DNA from: an uncultured cyanobacterium
Lineage (GTDB): Bacteria > Cyanobacteriota > Cyanobacteriia > CAKZMO01
Assembly: GCA_963719515.1 (NCBI GenBank)
Contig: CAVRCJ010000017.1
Location: forward strand, 88,455 to 152,454
DNA: 64,000 nt
Direction of reading: 5' to 3'
Under the pieces are notes generated by a model, which was not told the origin of the DNA, ran no database searches, and was given only the letters and a program-made list of their open reading frames with translations. Of this stretch, positions 40,613 to 50,725 are shown in pieces. The stretch's first letter is position 1, and each line of letters starts with the position of its first letter. Position numbers and translations under genes: made by a program.

Positions 40613-42043
40613 CTACTCTAAAAAAGCCCTCACCTGTCCATCGCGCCTGAGCAGCAAGCGGATGGGCGGCGAAGGAGACTCAGCCGGAGCGCTGACGGGC
40701 TCTCCGACCTGCAGCGCCGCAATGTTGGGGAGATAAATGCTGGCGGTATCCCCGATGGGTACAACGCGCTGCAGCCTGCCATCTGCCCCGACGGTGACGC
40801 GGTACTCCAAAGATCGCCGTAGACCGTCAGGAGGCTGCCAGCGAGACTGCACCGCTTCTTGGACGCGGCGAGCGGTTTCACTAGGACGCACTGACGCCGG
40901 GGCCCGAGGGGCTGTGGGGGCCGTCGCGCTGTCTGACGACCCTCTAGCGCGAGTCGCCTGACTAGGAACGTCTTCAGTTCGCAGCGGCCCGCTGAGACGG
41001 GTCTCATCTAGATTGGCCTCACCCGAACTGCCCGCACCCGAATCAGCCTCGCCTAGAGCGGACTCAATCGGCGGAATCGCGCTCAGCTCCGGCGGAATGC
41101 TCTCGGGGCCAGTTTCTGCTGAATTGGGCGCTGCTGGGCCTGCTGCCGGATTGGGGCCTGAGGGCGCGGGCGGGGTAGGCTGGGGGACACTGCCTGGAGC
41201 AGTGCTACTAGGGGCAGCTTGAGGGGGTGAGGACGCCGATGGCGGGGGGGCGGGTCGCGGGGGGGGAAGGCGATCGCTTGAAGTAATCTCGGGCAGGTTG
41301 GCCGCTGTGTCATTGGCGTCCAGTCTAGCGGGCGTTCTGGGAATGGAGGATCTCGTCTGCTGCCCCGCGACTCCTGCGATGCCCCCTGCGGACTCTTGGG
41401 CAACGTTGACGTCATCTGACTGCCGCGCCATTTGCAGCGCCGCCGTGCCGAGCCCCGTGGTCACCCCCACCACCAAGACGGCAGCGGCGGCATTGCGCAG
41501 CCAAGGGCTTTGCGTTGGAGGAGCAGAAATGGCGATCGCCCCTTCCCGCTCGTAGGTTTCCAAGGCGTCCGCTAGGTCCAATAGCTCCGTGGTTGACACC
41601 TCGATTCGCGCGGGATGACCATCTAGGGTAATCTGCAGCTGATGGCCAAGCTGCTGGAGCGGCTTTAGGCGGGCTACTGGCGCAGGCGCGGACCATTCAG
41701 GCCTCTGGGAGTCGATGTCTTGTTCCGCCGTCAAAGTGGGGCTGGTGGAGTCTGTAGCAGAGCCGGCGATCGCGGGCTGTAGCTGATATGAGAATTGCTG
41801 GACCGTGCGGGTCAGCATCTGCTGCACATAGCTGCGCACGGCTTCGGCCAACGCCTCTAGCTGATCATGGTTTCCCTGCACCGACAGGCGAGCTTCATTG
41901 GGCCGGTGGGGGCCGTCAAAACTGAGGCGAAAAGTGGCCTCTCGCCACACCGGGCGCTGAGTCCAGCGCGATAGGGGCGAGGTGCGGGCCAGCAGCTCCA
42001 GGGTGCAGGTGGGTGAACTGTAGCGGCGAATAGCAGAGACCAT
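40613..42043 (-). CDS. DUF4335-domain membrane protein with a Pro-rich linker
   Basis: RRYSSPTCTLE..SPLSRW N-terminus, one TM, C-terminal WQPP..LEYRV; follows the DUF3038-like gene. Confidence 0.7.
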   Translation of the reverse strand: MVSAIRRYSSPTCTLELLARTSPLSRWTQRPVWREATFRLSFDGPHRPNEARLSVQGNHDQLEALAEAVRSYVQQMLTRTVQQFSYQLQPAIAGSATDSTSPTLTAEQDIDSQRPEWSAPAPVARLKPLQQLGHQLQITLDGHPARIEVSTTELLDLADALETYEREGAIAISAPPTQSPWLRNAAAAVLVVGVTTGLGTAALQMARQSDDVNVAQESAGGIAGVAGQQTRSSIPRTPARLDANDTAANLPEITSSDRLPPPRPAPPPSASSPPQAAPSSTAPGSVPQPTPPAPSGPNPAAGPAAPNSAETGPESIPPELSAIPPIESALGEADSGAGSSGEANLDETRLSGPLRTEDVPSQATRARGSSDSATAPTAPRAPASVRPSETARRVQEAVQSRWQPPDGLRRSLEYRVTVGADGRLQRVVPIGDTASIYLPNIAALQVGEPVSAPAESPSPPIRLLLRRDGQVRAFLE

Positions 42044-42155
42044 AGTCAGGAGTTTACAGGACGGTGCATCGCACAATACATGACGTAGGCGGGGTCATCC
42101 CCGGCCTGTCGCGCTAGAATCGTCGCGTCAAGATCATCATGCTCAGATTATCGCG

Positions 42156-42719
42156 TTAAGCCGCGCGCTCCAGGAGCGCTAGCCATAATCGGCGGGCTCC
42201 GGAGGGTGTGCTGTAGAACAGAAGGTCGATCAGCAGCTTGAGGGCTAGATGGCTGAGATGCTCAGGCGTCGCGTCGTCAGAGGGCTGCATCCGCTCTTGG
42301 TAAAGATTGCTAAAGTTGTCGAGGTAGTCCCCGAGCAGCGCCGTGTGGTGGGGGGGCTTGTTTTGCTGGGTCAGCTGCTCTAGAAGGGTCACCGCCCGTC
42401 GAATCAGTTCTCCGTGCTCTGCCGCTAAGTAGCAGGTAATCAGCACGAGCGATCGCGCCTCTTCTACATCGAGACGCTTACGGCCCTGTCCCTTGCGCAG
42501 CGGACTAGACTGCCGCAGCCGCCATAGGCTCACGCGATCCCCCATCACCTGAGGCAGGTTCAGCGCCGCAGCCGCCTGCAGCATAGCCTCTGAACCTAGC
42601 CCTGCCAACGCCTCCAGCGCCAAGAGAATTAGATCCAGCTGCGCTTTGATGTTGTGCAGCTGGTCAGGACTAGGTTCAGCAGGCAGCGACGCGACAGATA
42701 GGGCTGAAGACGATGACAT
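42156..42719 (-). CDS. DUF3038-domain protein
   Basis: LDLILLALEAL, RVSLWRLRQSSPLR, LLIDLLFYS...RLWLAL. Confidence 0.78.
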   Translation of the reverse strand: MSSSSALSVASLPAEPSPDQLHNIKAQLDLILLALEALAGLGSEAMLQAAAALNLPQVMGDRVSLWRLRQSSPLRKGQGRKRLDVEEARSLVLITCYLAAEHGELIRRAVTLLEQLTQQNKPPHHTALLGDYLDNFSNLYQERMQPSDDATPEHLSHLALKLLIDLLFYSTPSGARRLWLALLERAA

Positions 42720-42966
42720 AGCTCTAGCCTAAGATAATCAAAATCATAGCCGGTTTAAGTTACCGATTTTGAAACGAGTTAGGGCTTTGCCGTCACGCTT
42801 TGCCCTAGGCCCTCTTTCATAGTGGCGGTCACAAATATTTGTATTTAGCATTCGTCTCGCATTTATATCTACGCACAATTGCTGACTCGCGTTTCACTCG
42901 CGCTCAACTCACGCAATAAACAGTATTCGTACTACAGTCTTAAAGCATAGTGACAGGAACCGGGGC

Positions 42967-43596
42967 ATGAGCCAGGACACTTTTCAAATTTTTGAGCGCG
43001 ACTTGTCGGAGACCGCGCTGCAGCGCTACCAGCAGGCCAGCGCCATCGCGGTCGATACCGAAACTATGGGGCTGATTCCCCAGCGCGATCGCCTGTGCCT
43101 GGTGCAGCTGTGCGACCCAGAGGGAAACGCCTGCGCTATCCGCATTGCCCTCGGTCAATCGGAAGCGCCCCATCTAAAGCAGCTGATGGAACAGCCTGAA
43201 GTCGTCAAGATTTTTCACTTCGCCCGGTTTGACGTGGCCACCCTTAAGCACCACCTAGCCATTCAGGTCGCTCCTTTATTTTGCACCAAGGTTTCCAGTA
43301 AGCTAGCCCGCACCTATAGCCCGCGTCACGGGCTCAAAGAGCTGGTGAACGAGATTGCAGGGGTAGAGTTGGACAAGCGGGCCCAAAGTTCCGACTGGGG
43401 CAATGCGGCCAACCTTTCAGAGGCACAGCTGGCCTATGCGGCCAACGACGTGCGCTATTTACACACCCTGCGGCAGCAGCTGACCGATATGCTGCAGCGA
43501 GAGCAGCGGTGGGAGCTGGCCCAGGCTTGTTTCGACTGTATTCCGACCTTTGTCGATCTCGACTTGCTTCACTATCACAATATCTTTGAGCATTAG
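42967..43596 (+). CDS. Ribonuclease D-like 3'-5' exonuclease
   Basis: AVDTETMGL, RDRLCLVQL, FHFARFD, QSSDW, YAANDV. Confidence 0.9.
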   Translation: MSQDTFQIFERDLSETALQRYQQASAIAVDTETMGLIPQRDRLCLVQLCDPEGNACAIRIALGQSEAPHLKQLMEQPEVVKIFHFARFDVATLKHHLAIQVAPLFCTKVSSKLARTYSPRHGLKELVNEIAGVELDKRAQSSDWGNAANLSEAQLAYAANDVRYLHTLRQQLTDMLQREQRWELAQACFDCIPTFVDLDLLHYHNIFEH

Positions 43597-43702
43597 CCCA
43601 TTGCCCCTGATTCTGGAACGTTGCTCGACGCTGACGCCCTTCAAGTAAGGCAAAAACGTCCGGTTGAGCCTGTCTTTTAATGCATAAGTGTTTGTATAGC
43701 CT

Positions 43703-44824
43703 ATGCCGAATGGCGACGACACCCACATGCAGGCCGCTTACTCCTCTTCGCTAACGCGCAGTCAGCTCGCGCAACTTCCCCAGCTCAAGATTTCGCAGCC
43801 GCCACAGGAGGCTTTGCTCACACCGTGGAACGCCGGGCAAATTGGGCCAACAGCACCCTCCTGGAAGCCGGCAGTATTGATGGGGACCGCTACCGTCGTG
43901 ACGACAGCTGTGCTGTCTCTACAGGCCTCCCCTCAGCAGACCGTCCAACAGGCCTCTACTCCGCTCCAAGCGCAAGCGCAAGCGCCCGTGCTGTCGGATG
44001 GCGACTGCTCAGCCGTCTGCCGCGACCTACAGCATACTCAGACTCAGATGGACAGGGTTCGAAGCCACATCGCTCAACGTCAGGTCGCCCTCCAAGCCCT
44101 GCAGACCCAGTCTGGCGTTGACCAGAGCCAAAGTCCAATCCAGGCGATCGCCCGCCGCCTCCAAGCTGCCGAGACCCAAGAGCAGCGGCTAGAGTGGGAA
44201 GCAAATCAGCTTCGGCGTGAGCTACAGCAGATTAATCAACAGCTTGGTCTCGAACCCCAAGCCTCGCCGCTCGATCTCTTACGGGGAAGGCCTGAGTATA
44301 GCCAGCTGCTACAGCAGTGGCAGCAGGTTGACCAACAGCTGGCGGAGGTGTCGAATGCGGCTGCGATTGAGGGACCTACGTGGGATCCGAGAGAGCATGA
44401 CTTTCCGATGCCGACTGCGTCAAGGCAGGCCCTTCTCGCTCAACATCAGGCGATCTCGAGCCAGCTGGAGAATCAGCTAGAGAACCTCTACTCCCATCCC
44501 ATCCAGGCTCTTGTGCCCGAGCTAGAGCAGGCGATCGCCGAGGACCCCCTGCGGCTGGCCTACGTCAGACCCTGGCTCACCAAGACCCATCGCCTGCAGC
44601 TGGTGGAGAGCCGTCAGCAGACGGTGCGCTATTTGGCGAGCCGACTCAATCAGCAGCAGCAAATTTGGCAGCGGATGGACCAGCGCCAGAACTTTTTAGA
44701 GGCCGACATCGCCCGCGCCCAAGAAACGTTAGACCTCTATAAGGTTCAAGCTCAGCGTCTACAGAACTACCTGCATGCTGAACAACAGGCGGTCTCTTCC
44801 CCAGATCTAATTTCTACAAAGTGA
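43703..44824 (+). CDS. Gln-rich coiled-coil hypothetical protein (weak resemblance to the GumC/Wzc periplasmic region)
   Basis: One hydrophobic segment followed by long heptad-rich helices. Confidence 0.6.
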   Translation: MPNGDDTHMQAAYSSSLTRSQLAQLPQLKISQPPQEALLTPWNAGQIGPTAPSWKPAVLMGTATVVTTAVLSLQASPQQTVQQASTPLQAQAQAPVLSDGDCSAVCRDLQHTQTQMDRVRSHIAQRQVALQALQTQSGVDQSQSPIQAIARRLQAAETQEQRLEWEANQLRRELQQINQQLGLEPQASPLDLLRGRPEYSQLLQQWQQVDQQLAEVSNAAAIEGPTWDPREHDFPMPTASRQALLAQHQAISSQLENQLENLYSHPIQALVPELEQAIAEDPLRLAYVRPWLTKTHRLQLVESRQQTVRYLASRLNQQQQIWQRMDQRQNFLEADIARAQETLDLYKVQAQRLQNYLHAEQQAVSSPDLISTK

Positions 44825-44877
44825 ATCTTGGTTAGACTCAATTTCTGAACCCTAGAGTCCACCGGCTAGCTTTGCCT

Positions 44878-45489
44878 TTACTCAATCAAGCCGCAGCCCA
44901 CGCGCCCGCCTGCGTTGCCGGTAGGCTGACTAAAGTCGTCGCGATCGGCATGAAGAATGACGGCAAGGCCACTGATAGAAGGATCGCCGCCGGTGAGGTA
45001 CAGTCCAGAGACGGTTTCGTTGAGGGTACCGCTACCGCTGGACGAGATGAATATGCTGCCCAGGTCGCCCGCATGGGCATTCTCAAGACCATCGGCAGGA
45101 AGCCAACCATGCTTGACGTCCATCGGGTTGTAGTGCCCGCCCGCAGACTTCCCGCCATCGCTGCAGCTGCCGCTTTCGTGGATGTGAAAGCCGTGGTAGC
45201 CGGCAGAAACGCCGCTGAGAGAAACCGCCACCTCTAAGCCGTCACCTGTCTCGGTGAACGTCGCTTCTCCCAACACCTGGTCGGGATCGGCAGTGCTTTT
45301 GACCACCGCCCGGGCCATATTCGCTTGGATCGTGTTCGATTGGGCGATGTCGGCGGAGGGAGAAGCCGCTGCCGTAAAGTTGCTGAGCGATATCGCGACT
45401 GCAAAAGCCGTTGCCACCAAGCTGAGGGTCGGAAAACGCAGGCTGCAGGCGAAGCGCATAGCAATAAAGTTCCAGTTTAGCTGTGCCAT
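44878..45489 (-). CDS. sodC: Exported Cu/Zn superoxide dismutase
   Basis: Signal peptide; HGFHIHE, GGHYNP, KHG, HAGDLG, ILHADRDD, GNAGGRVGCG. Confidence 0.93.
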   Translation of the reverse strand: MAQLNWNFIAMRFACSLRFPTLSLVATAFAVAISLSNFTAAASPSADIAQSNTIQANMARAVVKSTADPDQVLGEATFTETGDGLEVAVSLSGVSAGYHGFHIHESGSCSDGGKSAGGHYNPMDVKHGWLPADGLENAHAGDLGSIFISSSGSGTLNETVSGLYLTGGDPSISGLAVILHADRDDFSQPTGNAGGRVGCGLIE

Positions 45490-45519
45490 ATCTTAGCATC
45501 AAGTCGCGCTTAGCTTCTG

Positions 45520-47001
45520 TTACGGCATTGAAAGAACAGCAGCGATCGCCTGCAGCTTCATGTTGACCTCCTGCCACTCTTTTTCGGGCACGGAGCCCTT
45601 CACCACCCCAGCGCCAGCATAGAGGCGAATCCGCTCATCTCCCACGAGAGCCGAGCGAATTGCGACAACAAAAGTGCTGTTTTTCTGCCGGTCGATCCAG
45701 CCTATTGGACCTGCATAAAGCGATCGCTCAAACGCTTCATGTTGAGCAATCATCTCGCAGGCTGCCCGCTGAGGAAAGCCGGCTACGGCTGGGGTCGGGT
45801 GCAGCTTGGCCACAATCTGTAGAGGATGAATATTAGCCGGAACCTGAGCGGTGATGGGGGTATGAAGATGCTGAATGTTGGCCAAGGTCAACAGCTGGGG
45901 CTGGGAGGACCAAGAAGGCTGTAGCCCTAGCTGGCGCAGCCTGCCAACGATGAAGTCGGCCACAATACGGTGCTCGTGCAACTCTTTGGAGCTGCGCTGC
46001 AGGACTGCGCTCAGCTGCTGGTCGATAGCGACAGTTGCCCCCCGAGGCGCTGACCCAGCGATTGCATCGGTTGATAACCGCTGTCGCCGGAGGTGAAACA
46101 GCCGCTCTGGGCTAGCGCCCAAAAAGGTGCGGCTGCCGCAGCGAACGGCAAAGACGTGACACCCACTGTGGCTGTGGCGCAGCAGCCGTAGCGCCGTCAC
46201 GGTGGGGAAGGGAGCGCAGATATCGAGATCTAATGCGCTGGCGAGCACCGCCTTGGTGAGCTGCCGCCGCTCAATGCCCTGCAGCACCGCTGCTACGCCG
46301 TCAAGAAACTGCCGACGGCGCTTTGAGGAGATAGGAACTGTGGGCGGGGGAGAGGGCCGCAGCCACTGCCCTAACGCCGGCAGCGCTGACTGCTGGAGGC
46401 GGAGATAGCGCTGCCATATCGCGCTGCAGGCGGCTTTAATCGATTTAGAGTTTAGGCTGCTCAAGTGGAGATTGGCCGTGAACTGGCAGGCCTCGGCTCG
46501 GCGGGTGACCTGCCAGCGGGGAATGATCAAGCTAGCCGCTGGCACTTGCAGTCCTTGAGGAATCTTGCGGCAGCTATGCTCAAAAGTGAACCGGCATAAA
46601 ACGCGAACCGCTGGCGGAGCGAGGGGCGAGACTTCCGAGGTCGGGAGGATTCGGAAATCATCAGCCCCTATTTCGTAGATATGGTCAAACCAGGTCTGGG
46701 CGACCTGCTGTGCCCGCTCAAAGCGATCGCTTCCCGACCCGGTCCATTGAGCGAGGCATCCCGATGCCACTAGCCCTTCTGAGGCGGCAGACTGTTCGCA
46801 ATAGAATTCATGTCCGTCGGTCTGCAGGTCGGAGAAGACAGCCAGCAGGTCTACTGGAGGAAGGGGCAGGGAAAGGCTGACGATCTGAGAGACTCTTTGA
46901 CTTGAGCTGCTTGATCCCTGGGAAAGCTTGCCTACAGCCGCAGCGATCGCGTTGAAGACGTCGGTTTCAGTGGGAGCGAGGGGTCGGGGCGCAACAACCA
47001 T
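45520..47001 (-). CDS. menF: Isochorismate synthase
   Basis: FLGASPERL, KELHEH.IV, LHPTPAVAG, YAGPIGW, YAGAGVV..S...EWQE. Confidence 0.9.
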   Translation of the reverse strand: MVVAPRPLAPTETDVFNAIAAAVGKLSQGSSSSSQRVSQIVSLSLPLPPVDLLAVFSDLQTDGHEFYCEQSAASEGLVASGCLAQWTGSGSDRFERAQQVAQTWFDHIYEIGADDFRILPTSEVSPLAPPAVRVLCRFTFEHSCRKIPQGLQVPAASLIIPRWQVTRRAEACQFTANLHLSSLNSKSIKAACSAIWQRYLRLQQSALPALGQWLRPSPPPTVPISSKRRRQFLDGVAAVLQGIERRQLTKAVLASALDLDICAPFPTVTALRLLRHSHSGCHVFAVRCGSRTFLGASPERLFHLRRQRLSTDAIAGSAPRGATVAIDQQLSAVLQRSSKELHEHRIVADFIVGRLRQLGLQPSWSSQPQLLTLANIQHLHTPITAQVPANIHPLQIVAKLHPTPAVAGFPQRAACEMIAQHEAFERSLYAGPIGWIDRQKNSTFVVAIRSALVGDERIRLYAGAGVVKGSVPEKEWQEVNMKLQAIAAVLSMP

Positions 47002-47417
47002 GGAATGCTACTCGTGCTGGTGGACAAGCCGCTGCCGCACTAAGCCGCTAACTGCCTGTATCTCAATAAATCCATCTAGATTTCACGGAGCCTTATTTTG
47101 CAAGTGATGCTCAATGATCTGCAATGTAGACGTTACAAAAAGGGCGATCCGTTCACAATTCTTCAGATGCAGGCGGCCCAATTTGCTGTGGTCGCGCAGT
47201 CTGGGCTGCGCAGTCCTGACTGTGTGAGCGAGAATATTGCTCCCTTGCCGCCCCTTGCGTTTTGCGATCGTACTCGATGCTACCGCAGTATTCCATCAAA
47301 AAATTCTGGGTTACCGTACCTCCCCTTTTCCCCCTTCCTGCAATAAGATTGTGAGCGGCGCTGCTGCCGAACCGACTTAACCACGTTGCACATCATTTAC
47401 GTTGTTGGGGGATTCTG

Positions 47418-47714
47418 ATGGGCGATCGCATTCAGTCTGTCTATCAACCTTGGCTCCGGGCTCAGCTTTCATCGGTGACGTCAATAGGGCTGTGGCTCGC
47501 TGCGATCGCCGCGCTGCAGGAGATGCTGGTGGAAGATTTTGAGTTCTATGCGATCTATGAATCGAGCTATAGCGACCTAGCGCTGAGCTTTTTGACCTTT
47601 AAACCGATCGAATACCTCTGCGAAGTGGTTGCCCTGTTTGCCATACTGCAGGGGCGATCGCTACTTCAACTGGGCGTGGCCCGCGTCAGAGGTCAGTTAA
47701 GCGCGGCGCTGTAA
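47418..47714 (+). CDS. Small hypothetical membrane protein
   Basis: 98-aa ORF with GGGGA before the ATG and two hydrophobic stretches. Confidence 0.45.
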   Translation: MGDRIQSVYQPWLRAQLSSVTSIGLWLAAIAALQEMLVEDFEFYAIYESSYSDLALSFLTFKPIEYLCEVVALFAILQGRSLLQLGVARVRGQLSAAL

Positions 47715-47798
47715 TGCATATGTGTAGAGCTTAGGGAATTCTCAGGGTTCTGGCGTATTCTCTTGGCGTACTCTCAAGCCGGTTGCTTACAGGTCGTC

Positions 47799-49202
47799 AT
47801 GCTTCAAGTCAGCGCCAGTGGCTCCCCTCAGACCAAGCCGAGATGGCAAATCGCCTTGAGCGCTATCCTGCTGATCCTCGGCAGCGTTCAGGCCAGCGCC
47901 CACGGCAGCTTTCATATTCCCGGAACAGTTCCCCCGTTTTGGGCAGGAATTGCGGTTATGGGGGCGGGCTATGCCCTGAGCTGGCGGCTGGACCAAAAGA
48001 TATCAATACTCTGGTTTTGGGGCGTTGCTGCGATCGCCCGCCTTATATTTTTGGTGGCGTACCCAGGAGACGACATTTGGCGGTATCTCTGGGAAGGCTC
48101 GATTCAGCTGCAGGGCTTTAGTCCCTACGAACTAGCGCCAAACGCGCCTGAGCTACTGGCTTACCGCAGCGATTGGTGGGCGCAGATCAACCACCCCGAC
48201 GTCTCTGCCATCTACCCCCCCGTCACCCAGCTCGGGTTTCGCACGCTGGCCGCCATCGCACCCAGCGTGCTGCTGTTTAAGCTGGCTTTTACGGCGGCGG
48301 ACGTTGCGGTCTGCGCGATGCTGTGGCGGCGGTTTGGCCCTCAGGCGATTCTCTACGCCTGGAACCCCCTGGTGATTTACTCCTTTGCGGGAGGAGGGCA
48401 TTACGACAGCTGGTTTGTGCTGCCGCTGGCGATGGCCTGGCTGTCCCCGTTTGCAGCCTCTAAAACCGCTGGGCTTAGGAAATCAGACGGTGAGGCGGAG
48501 GGCCCCAAGACAAGTCGAGTGCTTATTAGAGCCCTCTTCGTTGGCATCAGCATTAGCGTCAAGTGGATCTCGCTACCCGTCCTAGCATTTCTAAGCTGGC
48601 AGGTGCTTTTCGGGAAACCGGCGTCGACGGGGCGATCGCGCTGGCAAGTCGCCATGCTAGCGGGCGTGGTGGGGCTGTTGCCTATTGCGCTTTCGGCTTT
48701 GGCGTATTGTGACGCGGTGAGCTGCTCTCTCATTCCCACCAGCTCTACGTTTGTCTCCCACGGCCGCAGCGCTGAGTTTTTGCCCTTCATCGCCAAGTAC
48801 GTTTGGGCGTCCTCTCTAGAGAGCAACCGCTGGTTTGCGCCGCCGCTGGCGCTCGTAACGCTAGTCCTGCTGCTTCGGTGTCAATCCCTGGGCCGGTTTA
48901 TCCTCAACTATCTGATTGCGCTGATGATGCTCTCCCCCATCGTCCACGCCTGGTATTTCACCTGGATGATTCCGTTTGTGGTGGGGTCTGTCGAAGGCGA
49001 GAGCGATCGCCCTCGCAACTGGGGGCCAATTTGGGGGAGCTTATCGGTGTTTGTCTATTTCGCGCTGCTGGAGCGGCAGGCCATAGGCGTAGACACCTGG
49101 TTTCTAGAGCCGGCGGAGCGATCGCTGCTCTGGCTGCCGTTTGTGGCGGGGTGCTTGTGGACATATCGGGGGCGGGGCGATCCTTCTTCGCTGGCCCCCT
49201 AA
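47799..49202 (+). CDS. GT-C fold membrane glycosyltransferase (GT87/DUF2029-like)
   Basis: DDIWRYLWEG, INHP..SAIYPP, YAWNPL, GHYDS, VHAWY; multiple TM segments. Confidence 0.8.
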   Translation: MLQVSASGSPQTKPRWQIALSAILLILGSVQASAHGSFHIPGTVPPFWAGIAVMGAGYALSWRLDQKISILWFWGVAAIARLIFLVAYPGDDIWRYLWEGSIQLQGFSPYELAPNAPELLAYRSDWWAQINHPDVSAIYPPVTQLGFRTLAAIAPSVLLFKLAFTAADVAVCAMLWRRFGPQAILYAWNPLVIYSFAGGGHYDSWFVLPLAMAWLSPFAASKTAGLRKSDGEAEGPKTSRVLIRALFVGISISVKWISLPVLAFLSWQVLFGKPASTGRSRWQVAMLAGVVGLLPIALSALAYCDAVSCSLIPTSSTFVSHGRSAEFLPFIAKYVWASSLESNRWFAPPLALVTLVLLLRCQSLGRFILNYLIALMMLSPIVHAWYFTWMIPFVVGSVEGESDRPRNWGPIWGSLSVFVYFALLERQAIGVDTWFLEPAERSLLWLPFVAGCLWTYRGRGDPSSLAP

Positions 49203-49291
49203 CGGATAGACCCGACGGCAGCATTCGGCTCTATCCGGGTTTGAAAGCGGTCCGCGGCCAAAATTCACGGCCATCGGCAGCGACCTAGCTC

Positions 49292-50491
49292 CTAAGACTC
49301 TCCGCCCTTACGAACGTCCTTGAACCGCTGCTTCGCCTCTGCGAACGCCTCCGCCATCACGGCCTGAATACGCTCCGGGTCGGGCGTTTTGCCCCCCATA
49401 ATGTCGCCAAAGTAGACGCAGGCTCCCTCCCCCAGCGCCCAGGTATAGGCCGCCGCCCAAGAGGCCGCAATCACGCTGCCCAGCCCCGGAATTAGCTTAA
49501 TTAGCTCTCGTCCCACCGCCTGGGCCAAAAAGCCACCGGCAATGGTGCTGACAAGGCTACCCGCCTGCGATCGCGTCAGAGTTTGGCCATAGAGCTGTCC
49601 CAGCAGCCCCACCATAGACACCTGCAGGGCCGTGAGCACGGGCATGGTGGCGAAGGGTAGGGGCACGGCGGCTAGGGTAGCCGACATGATGCAAAACGGG
49701 GTAATGTAGCGCCGAGCGGCGTTGCGATACAGCAGCCCAATTTCTTCCCCAGCTCCGCCTTCTAGCAGCTGGGCGATCGCCCTTGCTTCGGCCTCTGGCA
49801 GCAGGTCGGCCAGACTATCGCGCAGCGCCTCTATGCCATAGAACACCGGGCTGTAGCCGTCTTCCTCTAGGGTGAAGTCAATCAAAACCGAGCGGTCCCA
49901 TAGCGTCACCAGCGTTTCCCGGTGTTCGGTTTCGGCCCGCTGCACTGCTTCAAAGGTGGGCGGATAAGGGGGGTGGTCTGCTTGGTCGGGGTAGATTTCG
50001 TGCAGACAGGTGATGGCCAGCAGGCAGGGAATTTCGGGGTGCTGCTGTCTCAGCCCAGACACGATTTGCCGCAGCGTCTCGGTGGCAAAGTCTGTGGCCT
50101 TGACCGTCATCACGAAAATGCGAGCGCGCTGGGTGGGCTGCTGTAGGTCGGCAACGAGTTCTTGCACGACGTCCTCTGCGGACTGGTTGATGTCTCCTAG
50201 ACCCACAGTGTCGGTGAAGATCAGCAGCGGCAGGTCGGTTGAGGGATAGACATAGCGCTCGGTGTGCTGGGTATGGGGACGGAATCCCTGACCCACGATA
50301 TCTGCTGAGACGCCCGTCAGCCCCCGGACGATAGAGCTTTTCCCGGCCTGGGGTTTGCCGATCAGCAGCACTTCGGTGGTGGGGAGCTGCGATCGCACCG
50401 ATGTCAAAATCTCGGACATTTTGGCATCGCTAACGCGGAACCAGCTGCGGACGGTTTGCGCAATTCGATTGATGGGAGGAAATTTGCTCAC
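49292..50491 (-). CDS. GTPase + DUF697 (YcjF-like) protein
   Basis: GKPQAGKSS P-loop, DTVG, C-terminal amphipathic KLIPGLGSVIAA region. Confidence 0.8.
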   Translation of the reverse strand: MSKFPPINRIAQTVRSWFRVSDAKMSEILTSVRSQLPTTEVLLIGKPQAGKSSIVRGLTGVSADIVGQGFRPHTQHTERYVYPSTDLPLLIFTDTVGLGDINQSAEDVVQELVADLQQPTQRARIFVMTVKATDFATETLRQIVSGLRQQHPEIPCLLAITCLHEIYPDQADHPPYPPTFEAVQRAETEHRETLVTLWDRSVLIDFTLEEDGYSPVFYGIEALRDSLADLLPEAEARAIAQLLEGGAGEEIGLLYRNAARRYITPFCIMSATLAAVPLPFATMPVLTALQVSMVGLLGQLYGQTLTRSQAGSLVSTIAGGFLAQAVGRELIKLIPGLGSVIAASWAAAYTWALGEGACVYFGDIMGGKTPDPERIQAVMAEAFAEAKQRFKDVRKGGES

Positions 50492-50725
50492 GGGGGCTGC
50501 TCACTCCTGGGGCTGGCTCACTGGGGCTGGCTGGGGCTTGCTCAAGGGGCTATTTTCTTTGACTTGTCGCAAGTCTTCGCGCCTTTTTGCCCGACCTAAT
50601 TATGTTTCTTAATGCTGACGCGATATAACTTGAGGACGACTGAATGCGTGCGCTAGTGGTTTAGCATATCTTTGCATACGATCGCATCCGACTATCTTAG
50701 GAGACCGGCCCCGGAGAATTCTACA

